Part shown: in pieces, positions 47,221 through 59,797 of the stretch | Position numbering within the stretch: the first letter of the stretch is position 1 | Layout of the letters: every line of letters starts with the position of its first letter | Assembly: GCA_022813965.1 (NCBI GenBank) | Contig: JALDZS010000046.1 | Span: 62,001 to 126,000, forward strand | Reading direction: 5' to 3' | DNA length: 64,000 nucleotides | Source: Toensbergia leucococca | Lineage: Eukaryota | The notes under the pieces: generated by a model | What the model saw: only the letters and a program-made list of their open reading frames with translations | What the model was told of the DNA's origin: nothing | Database searches by the model: none | Made by a program: the position numbers and the translations under genes

Positions 47221-48467
47221 CAATTCGGTACCTACAGGAAGTGTAAAGAAATTTCTACATGGCCAGTTTCTGTCTCTCTCCCTCCCCCCGCCTCCCGGAG
47301 AAAAAACCTCTGCTTCTTTCTCTGCTTCTTCTTTGTCGAGGGAAGGTAAAGGGGGAAGGGTGACATTAGAAGAATGCCGGGATCAAGGTTTCCAAGGAGA
47401 GGGTGAGGGAGATATGGGGGACTGGAGGTTTCTGGCTTGGGGCTGGTTTGACCCCGAAATACCTACATTTGTTCTGGAAGATGTGACTTGGTTCGTTGTT
47501 AGAGACTGTTGGACTTGCTCTCAGGGTCAATTCCTTGGCTTTTTTTGGTTGACGATGAACTGAGTGTTGGATTGGGATTTTCTGTGCCTGGTTTATACGG
47601 CGGTGGTGATAAGGAAGGGAAGCAAAGAATTAGAAACTATGGTAATTTTTAGCGGTGCAAGGGCGGTGGAGGAATGGGAAGGGAAATAGCGGGCGAGCAG
47701 CGAACGGTGATGGTTTTTCTTCAGGAGGATTTTGGGACGGGGAGGGAGGGTTGTGATGCGGTGGAATTCCAAGGGGCTTTAGTGCTCGAATTCTCGCAGA
47801 GAACTTGGGCTAGCTCTCTCCGGGTTAAGTAACTAGCTTTCCGACACGTAGGACAAGCGTATCAGACCTGGAAGCCTGCAAATCACCTAAAGCCACAGAG
47901 CATCACACACTCGTAGTAACAATCAAACATACCAGCAACCTAAAAAAAGAAAAGACGACTATTACACCGGTTGTATGCGCAAAGACACGTGATCAACAGA
48001 AGAAGACGGGCCACAAGAGTGAGAATCTCGAAAAAAGAAAAGGGGGTGAGAGGCCAAATTGGGGATGTGTGTCGAAGGGGGGCGCCACGAAATGGCAGCG
48101 CTGATGAATGGGAAAAACAACCTTCAGCAGCGCAAATTGTCCCATTCACAAAACCCTGCGACGATCTGTAGAAAAGGAAGGGAAACATTCGTCCGATATG
48201 TGAAAGTTGCCTCGAAAATGTTTCGAGTTGATATGTCCCCAGCCTACCCAGAAGAACTCGCGGATGATTGACACGGAAGAGTAGTTGTAAAGTAGGTGTG
48301 TTTTCCGCGCACAGAAGGTCCAGTTGGTTCAAAAGCGCTCCACACTCCGGAACGTGCCACACTCCATCTTTAAGATTTGGCCCGAGTCGTTTTCTAGAGA
48401 AGACAGCATGATGGTTCGTTCCGCCTTGAGGCCATCTCGTTGCCCCGGACATTGGTGTGAATGATAA

Positions 48468-49496
48468 TTACAGGATCACGCAAGTCCTCTTCTTGTCCCC
48501 ACGATGATGGCCCTTCTTCGACGTCAAAGCCGCACGGGTTGCATGTTCGAAGACCTCCCTCACGCCGTCGCCGTTCTTTGCCGAGCATTCGAGATAGGAT
48601 CGTGCGCCAATCTTCTTCTTTACTTCTTCGCCCTATAAATGAAAATATTATTAGCGACAACTCTAGCTCCCCAGTCCCACGCAACATTCTCCATATTATC
48701 GATTCCTTTATTAGGAACTACATGTATCTACAAAATATTGTGTGACCCCAGCTACGAATCTTATGGATTCTTACCTGTTCTGGGGTTACCGGCTTCTGCG
48801 ATGTCTTGTGTAGTTCTTCGATCGTCTTCTGATCATAACGGAGATCTTTCTTGCAGCCAACGAGGATAATGGGAAGACCTTGGCAAAAATGAAGAACTTC
48901 AGAGATCCACTAATACGCCAGACAAATTAGCACGTCGATTCTATTCCAAACACTTCTAGTATGAGCCTCAAATTGGGGAACGGATGCGTACCTTCTCCTG
49001 TACGTTATCAAGGGAATCCGGAGAATCGACGGCAAAACATATCAAAATGACGTGTGAATCTGGGTATGATAGCGGACGGAGACGATCATAATCTTCCTGG
49101 CCAGCCGTATCCCATAGTGCTAGCTCAACATGCTTGCCATCGACTTCGACATCGGCAACGTAGTTTTCGAAAACGGTGGGTACATAGACCTGTTGAAAAT
49201 ACCATCAGAGCCTTATCCATACCAAATGTCACTGCCAAATATTATGACGCAGTCTTTCAGTTGCTGTCAAGCTCTTGAACTGTCAAGACGGGTATCGCAG
49301 GGGAGGCAGAAGACTGACCTCAGGAAAGGTACCCTTGGAGAAGACACTGGTAGAAGAGAAGAGGGTCAGCGCTAAAGAGAGTTGCGATAGACAAGAAATG
49401 TTTCGAGCTGGGATGGTTGAATACTTACATTAGGAGACAAGTCTTTCCGCAGGCACCATCACCAACGATGACGAGTTTGCGGCGAATCTCAGCCAT
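48468..49496 (-). CDS. RHO1: Rho1 small GTPase
   Basis: Exons 49496-49429, 49346-49319, 49189-48992, 48909-48775, 48632-48468 (missed by the ORF track). [52 protein letters not shown] box CVIL. Probable 5'UTR intron 49652-49499. Confidence 0.97.
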
Positions 49497-49890
49497 TCCT
49501 TGCGAACGAGACGTCAGCGGGCTTGACTTTGAAGTAACAAAAGGTTGTCAAGGACGTGTTCAATGACGAGAGTGAAGCTTGAGATGGGGGAGTTGGATGG
49601 TGATGATGGTGTAGAGGGATTAAGTAGGCGTCGGCTTAGATGTTCGACATACTTCTGGAACGGCAGCGGTTGCTTGCAGCTAAGACAGGCCTTGGAATTT
49701 GTCAAAGCGGATGGATGGTGACTTCAGCTCGTGTAAGAATCGTTATCTGAGGCTAGGGGGGATTCGTGTTGGTTGTATCAGGCAACGGTTAGAACTACTG
49801 CGAGACTGCGTATAAGGCTGATGTGGGTTATGATGTCGTTTCTAGTAGAACAATATGATTCATTCAACCGTGTGAAGATGAGAGGGGATT

Positions 49891-49920
49891 AGCAGCTGAA
49901 GGAGCAGCTGAAGGAGCAGC
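49891..49920. repeat. 12-bp tandem repeat upstream of RHO1
   Basis: AGCAGCTGAAGG x2.5. Confidence 0.7.
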
Positions 49921-50815
49921 CTTTCACAACAATATCGGGCCTTGATTGAAACTGACAAGCCCACCTTTGGCTTTTGTCACTGCCTTGTCTGAACCGTGCA
50001 TCATTCTGTTGAGTTCCCGCCAGACGTGTATAACATGGGACACTAGAACTACTGAGTATTGAGGTATTCTATCACTGCAACTCATGAAAGTACTCTCTCA
50101 CAGCCCATGAGATTCCGAATCTGACTATAGCAGCAAGATTACTGCTAGCAATCATATCATTCTGGCGAAAGGAATCGATAATTCAAGCTGTCCTTCTTTC
50201 TGAATAAAAAAGCTTGGATCATGAAGTCTCTCGCAAATTAATGAAACAATTATATAGAGGATCAGACTCATTTAGTTGAGACCCGTCATTACTTTGCAGT
50301 AGTGTAACAACAGAAGAGATAAGGTGCTTGAACTTGAGTCATTTCACAGAATCCAAAATAGCAGAAAGACTATCATCGGTAAGACAAAAATGCTATGAAG
50401 GCAAACCTTGTGGAAAGCATTACCTCCCACTCTGTCACAAAGATAGGATTGAGACTTACAAGCCTCTCCGAAACATATCAACCCCATGCGAGAACTCAAA
50501 GTATCCACTTTGTCTCTATTCAATCAGGTAGAGATCTCCACCATTGTCTTATTCCAGCTGACAAAACGCCTACTTCTGTCTACAATTGGTTGAATGCATT
50601 TTGACGGAACAGATACTAATTTGATCATTCTAGTGTGTGTTTCCCAATTACTGGATTTCATATACTAATGCCCACGTGGCATGCTAGGAAAGCTTTTGTC
50701 GTGCAAGTGGTTTCTCCACGAGTAGAGACTGCAACATACGCCTCCAGATTTTACAATAAACGCCGAGGATGCAGCCGCTCTAGACACAAATTGCTACACG
50801 AATGCCATCTGCCCC

Positions 50816-51960
50816 TCACATCTGCTGTATTACAGTCTTATCCTTCTCCATCACCTCTTTCTTGTTCCTAGCCATGACCTCCCCAATCCGCGCTAGCATC
50901 TCAGGTCCCAACTCGGGCGCTCCCTTAGCCTGCCTCTCCGCCTGCCTCTTGGCGTGCATTTCCTGCAACGGCGTCATCATGCTCAACTCTCCCCACCGCT
51001 TCTTTTCTACGGCCTTCTCGTCCTCCTTCTCTAGTTTCTCCAAATAATCTCGATCATGCCGATCGCGGAATTTACTGTATTTATTGCGCAGCTCGTCAAT
51101 TACGCTGCCGGGCATAGGCTCGTGTAATAAGGTGGGCACCCAAGTCCTTTTTTCGACGTCAATGCGCAGGGTGTCGATATCGTGATCTTCGAGTTCGACC
51201 CCCCGGTTCCTTGGAGGGGTTGGGATCCAGATTCGAGGCGTGAGGCCGGCAATGTAACGTCGGCCATATTTGAACTCAAGCTCTTTGATGACGACGTCTC
51301 GGAGACCGCCAGTCCGAGGGTCAGGCAATGGGTGGACTAGGCGGACTGAGGAAAGGGGGATGGGTCTTGCAACAGTGGCTACAGGGCGCTTGTCACTTTG
51401 ACCCATTTGCATGTACGCGGGAATCGCGACGTCGACCTAAGTGTAGTGAACACACTATTATCAGCAGTGCCTCGAAAGTAGTCGTAAATGCGGCCCAAGC
51501 ACATGAAGGTGATGCAGTTGACGCCCTTGTCCTAACCCACCAGATTCAAGCCTTCAACCACACATTCCTGGGCCTCCTTCCTCACTTCCTGAACCTTACC
51601 AATCTTCCCCCTCTCCCTATGTCCTTCCTCAACAACAACAACCCGATCTCCACTCACAATGCGCCATTTCCGACGCTCTTCTTTGGGCTTGTCCATCCCC
51701 CGGAGCTGTCTCCCACTAATGGCCCCGTAAGTCTCCTTCTTCTCGCCAACATCCCTCCTAGGTGCAAGCGGACCCAGCAACCAGTCTTGACGGCGAGCTG
51801 TCCGTGCGGCGAGGACGTTGGCGCGAACTTCCTGGCTTCGGACGTGTTCCTCGTTGTTTCGGAGTTTGCGGTTCTCAGACCTTCTCTTAGATCGTTGGAT
51901 TTCGATTTTGCGGGCTGCTTGGACTTTGGCTTGTGCTGTACGGCGGAGGAGCTTTTGCAT
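50816..51960 (-). CDS. MRPL40: Mitochondrial large-subunit ribosomal protein uL24m (KOW motif)
   Basis: Exons 51960-51541 and 51436-50816. DWLLGPLAPRRD, KOW GDRVVVVEEG..GKIGKV, PMPGSVIDELRNKYSKFR. Confidence 0.9.
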
Positions 51961-52423
51961 CGCTTTGTTATTTAGGTGGTGGAGAGGTGCCTGAGGACTT
52001 ATATTCGACTCTCTCCGGAGATGAGGTGGTGCAATGAAGTTAGGTCGCCAAGGAATTGTCAGCCCTACGATTAGCTACCTTACGGTATCAATTGACATTA
52101 AATCCATCACCAATTTCAATCCGTCTCATCCACATCTCACCTGAATTCGTAAATCTCTTCCTAAATCAGTTCTGTTGACGACTTGTGGGACAACACGTCC
52201 TGTGAAACAATGGGAACAACCCAAAGTTTTTGTTGTTGCCCATGCTTGTCAGCATCTGAGTCAGACCCGCAGGCCGTATTGCCATATCTTTCCCCTTCTT
52301 TCCCTCAATACTCCTAGAAGTCAAATACTCATTCCCTATCCTTTCTATTCTCTTCAAGTTCCTACAATCATCTCTTTCTTATTTGTTTTCCTTGTATTCA
52401 TAGTCTCCTTACCTACCACTAGA

Positions 52424-53271
52424 ATGGCAAATCACGTCTCAGAATATGGCTTTCAAGCAGTTCCCAGAGATGCTGCAAAAATTCTTCATGGCAAAGAAAA
52501 CGTTGTTGATCCTACGCCCCTGGCAATCTCCAGAATTGAATTCCCTGATACAGCGCTAGTCAAGGCTGTCCACTCATACGCTAAAATTGAACTTCCCTCT
52601 CGGACATTCAATCACAGCATGCGAGTGTACTATTACGGTGAAAGACTTCTTCTTCCGCTATCCATATCTACATATCACCCGCTTATCACCTTCACTAGGT
52701 ATCGCTATCAAAAAGCAGCAGTTTCCTAATTGGAATGTCTCTGATGAGACCTACGCCCTCTGTTGTCTTCTTCATGACATCGGCACCACGCCGAAGAACC
52801 TTCGTATTACTTTGATGTCCTTTGAGTTTTACGGCGGCATGCTTGCCCACGATCTTATTCATATGACCCACGGTGCTCCCCGAGAGCAAGCAGACTCGGT
52901 TGCTGAAGCCATCATACGCCATCAAGATATCGGGGCAGTAGGAAATATCACTACCGTAGGGCAGCTGCTTCAATTATCTACTGTCTTTGGTGTGTTCGCT
53001 CTCATTACCATGGACGTACGAATCCTGTGAATGTCTGGCTACTGAATAATCTGATACAGATAACATGGGCATCAACCCAAATCTTATCCACAAGGAAACC
53101 ATTGAAAGCGTGGTGCAAGCTCACCCTCGCCACAAGTGGTCAAGCTGTTTTGCGTCGACTATCAGAGAGGAGAATAGTTTAAAGCCATGGGCGCATTCCA
53201 CCGCGCTTGGAGAGGAGGACTTTCCAAACGGTGTGAAGAATAACAAACTTATGGAACCTTATGATGCCTAG
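52424..53271 (+). CDS. cah: Cyanamide hydratase, HD-domain (Cah/Ddi2-Ddi3 family)
   Basis: Exons 52424-52637, 52699-52989, 53060-53271. YGFQAVPR, TFNHSMRVYYYG, CLLHDIGTT, MSFEFYGG, AEAIIRHQD, ENSLKPWAH. Confidence 0.9.
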
Positions 53272-54556
53272 ACGTTGGAACATGTTTCAAGGAATGCTGA
53301 GAAGCAAAGTAAACAGGGTCAAAAGCAAAGCATCTGAGGGAACAGCCTCTTATGAGAGATCCTTTTCACTCTCCGACTGGAAGTTCCTCTGAGCGCAAGA
53401 TGCGCTTATTGGCAGCAGTGGAATGATATAGGGCCATTGTTGTATCATTTTTTTACGAGTCACTAGTTCTATCTAATCTCGTTATCTCTGTACTGCGACA
53501 CATTGGAAGTCTTGAAAATAAGCTCTCTGCTTCGTCGTACTCAATCAAGGTATTGGATTAACCCTCACGTCTTGGCTCAGAGAATGTCCTCGTTTGAGGT
53601 ACTAAGAAGGATGATTTGCGATGTACTGTCAAGTATACCAAGGACTGAGACGATTGCCCAGGACGATTAAAAGCACCAAAAGATTTCTCGTTTTCAACAT
53701 GTTCGGACGAGGCTTTCTGTCTTGGCATTCAATAACACTACGAGCAGCACTCTTATCAGTCGCTAGCTTGTAACTCCAGTACTCTGACAATCATGGTCTA
53801 CAACATTCTCATCTATCTGTGATGCATCCAGTCTTCCCCTTCTCGCACATCTTTGGCCTTCAGTCATTCGGACATCCCTATGGGGCCTTTAGATCACATT
53901 CTATGAGACTCTTTTCTATGACTATGAAATTGTAGAGGCAAATGCTCGTCGTTTTGTGCTTTCATATGTCTTCGTTTTTATTGAGCTCCAAAGCGCAAGC
54001 TTAGTGTTGCTGAAAAATATGATCTTTCTTTTCAGGACCTAATCCAACCTGTCGGCGAGTCTCAATCACTGGAGAACAACACATCTTTCCCTTATCTGCT
54101 ACGCTCCTTGGAACTCGTCACTACCTCTGTTCTAAGCTTTCTCCCCCGATTGTCTCAAACGAGGACAGTTATCGTTACGAAAGATGTCATATTTGACACC
54201 CTCCACTATGGCTAATCATAAGCTTTTTCTTCTTAGCGGTCCGGTGTGTACTTATCTATAGAGCTCCCGTCTTCAGGACTTCGTAGACTAAGGTACTGAC
54301 GCTTAAGCAATCACGCGTAAGCGACTTTTTAATAGGCACTTGATCAAGTCGCCTAAGCACCGAGGCATTTGCGCTTCTACCATGAATTTGATACTGCCAA
54401 GTTTCCAGTTTCATACTTCATCATTAGAAACATGACTCTGCACGAAGGGTGGAATTTCACCTATATACCCCTGTAAAGCTCCATCTCACGAGAAGAACTG
54501 CTCTTTTTTGGATACTTCTGTCTTTCAGGGCTGTTTTCACACCACAGATCGTCAGA

Positions 54557-55265
54557 ATGCGATCTCTCAGCCTCTTCTTCATCACAATTCTAGCTAGATC
54601 GATCATCCTCAGCTCAGCACTTCCACAAGCTACTCAACCTCCGCAATACTGCGCCAATGATCCAACTAGGCTTGTCGGAACGTGAGTCAACATTTCTCAT
54701 TTACCGATACATCCCTATGTAAAAGACATACGGCTAAAGTATTATCTTTAGTCCCCCCACCCGCCGTCGTAGCCTCGACTTCGCCAGTCTTGGATCCAGT
54801 AGCCATGAAAAAACCCATCTTGACTCAAGCAGCCTCGAATCCAGTGGTCTAACGACCCGCGTGATTGCCGTGTTTCCTAGGCCACCAAGTTTACTCTGGT
54901 GCTCTCAGATCAAACCAGTATACGTGGCTATAAGAATGATTCAAAAAATCCCGGGCTCGACGTGTGGGGCTTTGTTAGAGGAGGCGTACATGCAGGCTGC
55001 CTCTTATGTCAACAGTCGGGGCGATGCATGGATTGGTCCAGGAGACTTCGCTGTGGAACATATCTATCCATTGTATACTTTGAGGATCGAGGCTGGAGAC
55101 TCGTATGGCCGGCATATGAAATGGAGTGCGCTCGCCGCCGCTTTCGAGGCATTGATAAACTACATGACATTTCGTGATCCAGGGTCTGTCGACGTTACGA
55201 TCTATGACGATGTATTGGAAGTTGGCTTGATGACACTCAAAATATACTTTCACACGCCACAGTGA
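54557..55265 (+). CDS. Small secreted hypothetical protein (~212 aa)
   Basis: Exons 54557-54681 and 54752-55265 join in frame (intron GTGAGT..TAG). Signal peptide MRSLSLFFITILARSIILSSA-LP. Confidence 0.75.
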
Positions 55266-55788
55266 GCTTGGATAGATTGAACAGAGTCATTGGAGACATT
55301 TGTTTTTCGATGGGCACGAGTCTCAGTGTAGAACAGCGTGTTGAGATATCTTCGAATACCAGTCTTCACAATTGATTGTCTGTAAAAGGTATTTATGAAT
55401 ATATCATAGAGGCATGTGCACTTCTTTTTCCGTTCAAGCACCAAGCAGGTGCGCCAAATGCTCGTCATTTTGCTTAGAAACCGACGCACTTATTCAGTAA
55501 AGGCAAAGCCTCAGTCAGTACCCCGACTCGGTATGCAAAGTAGCATTGCGGCACTAAAGCATTCGTCCTACTACGCATGGATTCCTAACCATCAGAACGT
55601 TCGCCTCAGGAGTCTGTCGATAATCTTGGGTTGGGTCATCCAGCCATTCGATGCCTTTTGAACCAGCTCTCTAGATCCCTACTAAGCGTCTTGTCTCCTG
55701 ATAATACTAGGAAGTAAGAAGCTCTACACTTCTCCAACCTTACATTCCTTCCTGGTATCGAAGCACTCACCTCTCTCAAACCAGTTGA

Positions 55789-56604
55789 CTATCTTACTAG
55801 CACGCCTATATACTCCCCTTTCCCTTTCAGTCCCTCCCATTGCACCAGGCACCTATTCACCAGACCCCCTTGCACCAAGATCCGCCCACTTAAACTCAGG
55901 CCTTTGACTCGCGCCCAGCTTTCAACGTAGATGGTGCGCATTTTGCCTCTAGTACCCGGAACATCGAGAAAACGGAGGAGGATGGAAGCAAGGACTAGGA
56001 TGACCGAGGTGCCGGGGCCGTTGGTGAGGATTAGGTCTGGGTAGGCAGGAGATTGGGGCGAGGTAGAGGGATAGCGAAGAATAGAGAAGCAGGCGACGAG
56101 AGAGCGGAGAGAGGAGAAAGGGGTGGAGAGGAGGGATTGGTGGATATTGCGGGCACGGGGAATGAAGGAGATGTCGTAGCTCCTTTGCCCTGCTGTGTCC
56201 TGAAATTCTGGGTAGGTGACTTTATCAAAGTAGGAGTAAAGGGCTTTGTGCTTAGCTCGAGCTTCGAGGCTTTCTTCCAAGTCGATTGCTTTGCGGGCGC
56301 TGAAGTCATCGCCGGTGCTAATGACGTAGCTGCGGTGCGTGTAGGATGCTGTGTCGAGGTCTGAGAGGAGCGAAGTCATTTCGGCGGTGTGACCGCCGCT
56401 GCCGAGAATTATGAGGAGGCGTGTCGGGGTTCCGCGTTTGCGGGGAGGAGGGGTTCGATTGGTCAGGGGGAGGATTTGGAGGAGCCGGAGCTTGGGGGGA
56501 ATTTAGTGTTGGTGGGTAGGGGAAATGGGAAAGGGAGATGGACTCACAAAGAAGATAGTGGAAATGATGAGGATGAGAGCGAGGAGAGTGCTTGAGGAAA
56601 GCAT
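55789..56604 (-). CDS. ALG14: UDP-GlcNAc transferase subunit Alg14
   Basis: Exons 56604-56548 and 56490-55789. LLIILGSGGHTAEM, IPRARNIHQS, PDLILTNGPGT, IYVESWARV..LSLSG, VQW. Confidence 0.94.
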
Positions 56605-57117
56605 AGCTGTGACTAGATTACTGGGAAATGGAATTAGGTGGAGTGTGAGGTAGGTGTGAGGGTTGGATGAGAATGGCAGGGTATGGTAGAGATGATTCTA
56701 AATGGAACGAAGAAATTCTGTTTCTGCGCATCAGAGAGAAAAAGTAAATAGATATCATAACAAGAAGAGTTGCAAACACAAGATACTCGTACAATAATAG
56801 GAGACAATAGGAACAATAGGGGAAGCATCACACGCTTTCAAAATCATGATTTAAATGAACTTCATTTCTTCCTTCGCATCATTACACACACATACATTCG
56901 CCCAGTATATGCAGCTGGCCTGCTCCTGTTCCTTTCCTACCTCATTGTCGATTTACTCTTGCAGTCTACAGAGACGGACATCTCACATCTCACATACATC
57001 GACCATCTAGACTCGTAGAGTAGAAGTCGCTCTTCGGCCACATTCTTCTTCCGTGCCGACTCAGCCCTAGAGCCATACATATTCCCTCCGCATTTAATCC
57101 TCAGTGGAGATTACATT

Positions 57118-59495
57118 ATGGCGCCTTTGCTTCGACGAAAATTGCTGTGCTTTTATTGCGGCTGCCGGTCAGCCCAGACTCGAACACCAAATATCCGTCG
57201 TTGGGATTGTGAGAAGTGCAAGGCTACTAATTATCTGGATGAGGTTTGTTGACTTCTTTCAGTCCAGACAACTGTAAATACCCGGCTGACAGCATACAAT
57301 GCAGAACGGGGATATCACAGACCCTCCGCCTTCCGACACAACCTCTGAAGTCCGTTATGCTCAGTCTATTCCACGCCCAGCTTCTCCCCAATTCACAAGC
57401 GCCGAAAAGACCATCTTTTGCTCGACATGTCTGAAGAATCAACACCTCCTTACAGAGTCCCTGGCCACCTACCTCCCCTCGCCTCATGTCCCTAACTACT
57501 CGGTGTATGAGGATGCCTTTCCAGAGTATCGCAAGAATCTAGAAGAACGATATCCACCCGTTTGCGAAAATTGTGAATCTAGAGTCCGCGAGAGACTTCG
57601 GCTCACCAACTATGCCGCCAAAACAGATCATTTGCGCCGCGTCATGCAAAGAACGAGGGGCACCGTATTTGCACCTTCTGGATGGAGCTGGAATAGACTG
57701 GGCGTTGCTGTAGGAGGCACTGCTTGGCTTTCAGCTGGAATTGCACCAGTGTTATGGAACTTTATGGGTGCCCTAAAGGTGATGGAAGAGCCGCATGGTT
57801 TAAGAGATGTAGACCCTTCGAGTTCGATGTCGAGCTGCTTGTGGCAAAGTTGGCAAAACAAGGAGACGAAATCAGACTGCGCCAGACTATATCATCCTGT
57901 CGCAAGCCTCTCGCTAATTCTGGGCATCCTATCGATTTGGTGGAATCCCAAGCTTGCTAAGAGGACCGAGGGAAAAGGCGGGCGACTCGTTGGTTTGAAG
58001 GAGTACTACAAACTGCAAGTCATGTTTCTTGCCATCAGACTGGCTGCCTGGGCCGTATTGGGCGAAACGACGAGTATCCAAGTCGACCCGCAGACAGCGA
58101 AAGCTACACATTATTTCATGCTCGTCTTCACCGTTGTGGTAAGAACTGCAATATTCAGCACTCCGAGATTGAGGCTTACTCATACTATAGGCCATAATTG
58201 TTTCTTTCCGTACCGTTCAGATCGACTACACGCCACGGTTCTCCTTCAAGGAAAGCCCCGAACCACTGATATCTCGTAGGCCGCAAGAAGACTCTTATCT
58301 TACCGAACGAACCCCCTCTCGACCGCAACGAGGTACCCATACCGCCCATTTGAACTCCCACACCCTTTCTTTCCCAATCAGTAAATTGGCCCCCCCTCCA
58401 CCTCAACCCTATCCCCCACCCCGCAACCAAATCACCCCACCCCCAGACGAAGAAGAAGACTCAGCCATGGAATGGACCCCCACCCAAGCCTCATTCCGTA
58501 CGCCGGCAACCTACCAACCAAGAATCCCCCTCACCCTCCAACCGTCTCACCAAACTCCGTCCAAACCGCAAGCTCACCTCCGCAACCCACGCCAACAACC
58601 CAGATACGGCGCACAGCCCACCTCACCCCAAGATAACCCCTTCACTCCGACCCCCACCATCCGCGAAGCCATGCAAACCTTCTACCGCTCGTCGACCACC
58701 CCAGCCCACATCTCCACTCCGATAACAACCCTCCCCTCCCCAACAATAGCCCCTGCGCGCTTTTTTCCTACCTTCGCCACAGACACAGGCCTCGAATCCC
58801 TCTTTAAAACCACCTTCTCCCTCCGCGACGAGCCCCCCGAAGTCCTCAATGCCCACCAACAACAACAGCAACAACAACAACAATTTCCCCAGCCCCACGT
58901 CCCCACAAACCCCGCATCCCCCAAACCTCCTTCCTATCGCCCCCTCTACCTCCTTCTCCTTCTCTTCTCAACAACAACCTACACCCTCTCTCCCCCCAAC
59001 TCTCTCCCCCTCCACCTCCTCCCCCTCACCACAGCCGCAACAATAACATCCCTCCACCTCCTCCAAACCCTCCAGCGTCAACCCCTCGCCCTCAGCGACA
59101 TCCTCCTCTTCACAACAGAATTCTGCACTGCCCTCATCATCTGCAACGCCGTCCGCACCGGACCATCGCTCGAGCCTGCCGTGCAGGCTTTGGGGGCCTG
59201 GTTTTTGGGCGTGCTGGGCTTGCAGGAGGGGTGGATTTGGGTGGGGGAGTGGAGGGGTACTGCTGCTACTGCCGCGGCGTCTGGAGTGGTGGGGGAGCCG
59301 ACTCGAAGCCAGACCGTTGACTATGGGACGTCTGCGAATGATAAGGTTGCACTGCCGCGTCCGTCCTCTGCTCTTGCGCTCGTGGCCCCGGAGCCGGTGC
59401 CTGTGGTGCGGTCGTCGAGGGAGGGGCGCTCTGGAGGTATGCGAAGGATTGAGAGGGCGCCGGGGAAGGGCTTTGGAGGGCTTTCGCTTGAGTGA
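57118..59495 (+). CDS. IMA1: Inner nuclear membrane protein Ima1 (Samp1/TMEM201-like)
   Basis: Exons 57118-57243, 57305-58138, 58191-59495. CxxC pairs CFYC, CEKC, FCSTCLKNQ, YPPVCENC; multiple TM segments. Confidence 0.88.
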
Positions 59496-59797
59496 TGGAT
59501 AGTTTTTTTTTTGGTATTGGTTATGGGGATATGTGATTGTGGAAGCATAGCGTTATTTTGATTTTATAATTAGGTAGGTAGGGTCATTGGGCATAATTAG
59601 CGTTGAGTGGGTAATTTTTTGATCGAAGCGGGATCCATCGATGAAGTCTCCATTCATATTCAATAGAGGAATCACTCTAGGATTTTTTTCCTCCCCTCTC
59701 TCATTCCCACAGCTGTGCCGAATATTCCTCTATCTATTCTAATTCCACCACCCTTCCAAAATTATCCCCATCCATTCCTTCCCTCACCAAAAAAAGC

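Noticed and set aside
2119..49496. Apparent signalling/quality-control cluster (RGS, RhoGAP, CAMKK, crzA, RHO1; HLJ1, UFD2)
   Set aside because: Widely spaced core genes interleaved with unrelated ones; no shared motif seen, so chance co-location is sufficient
51328..51975. 215-aa plus-strand ORF
   Set aside because: Antisense shadow of MRPL40
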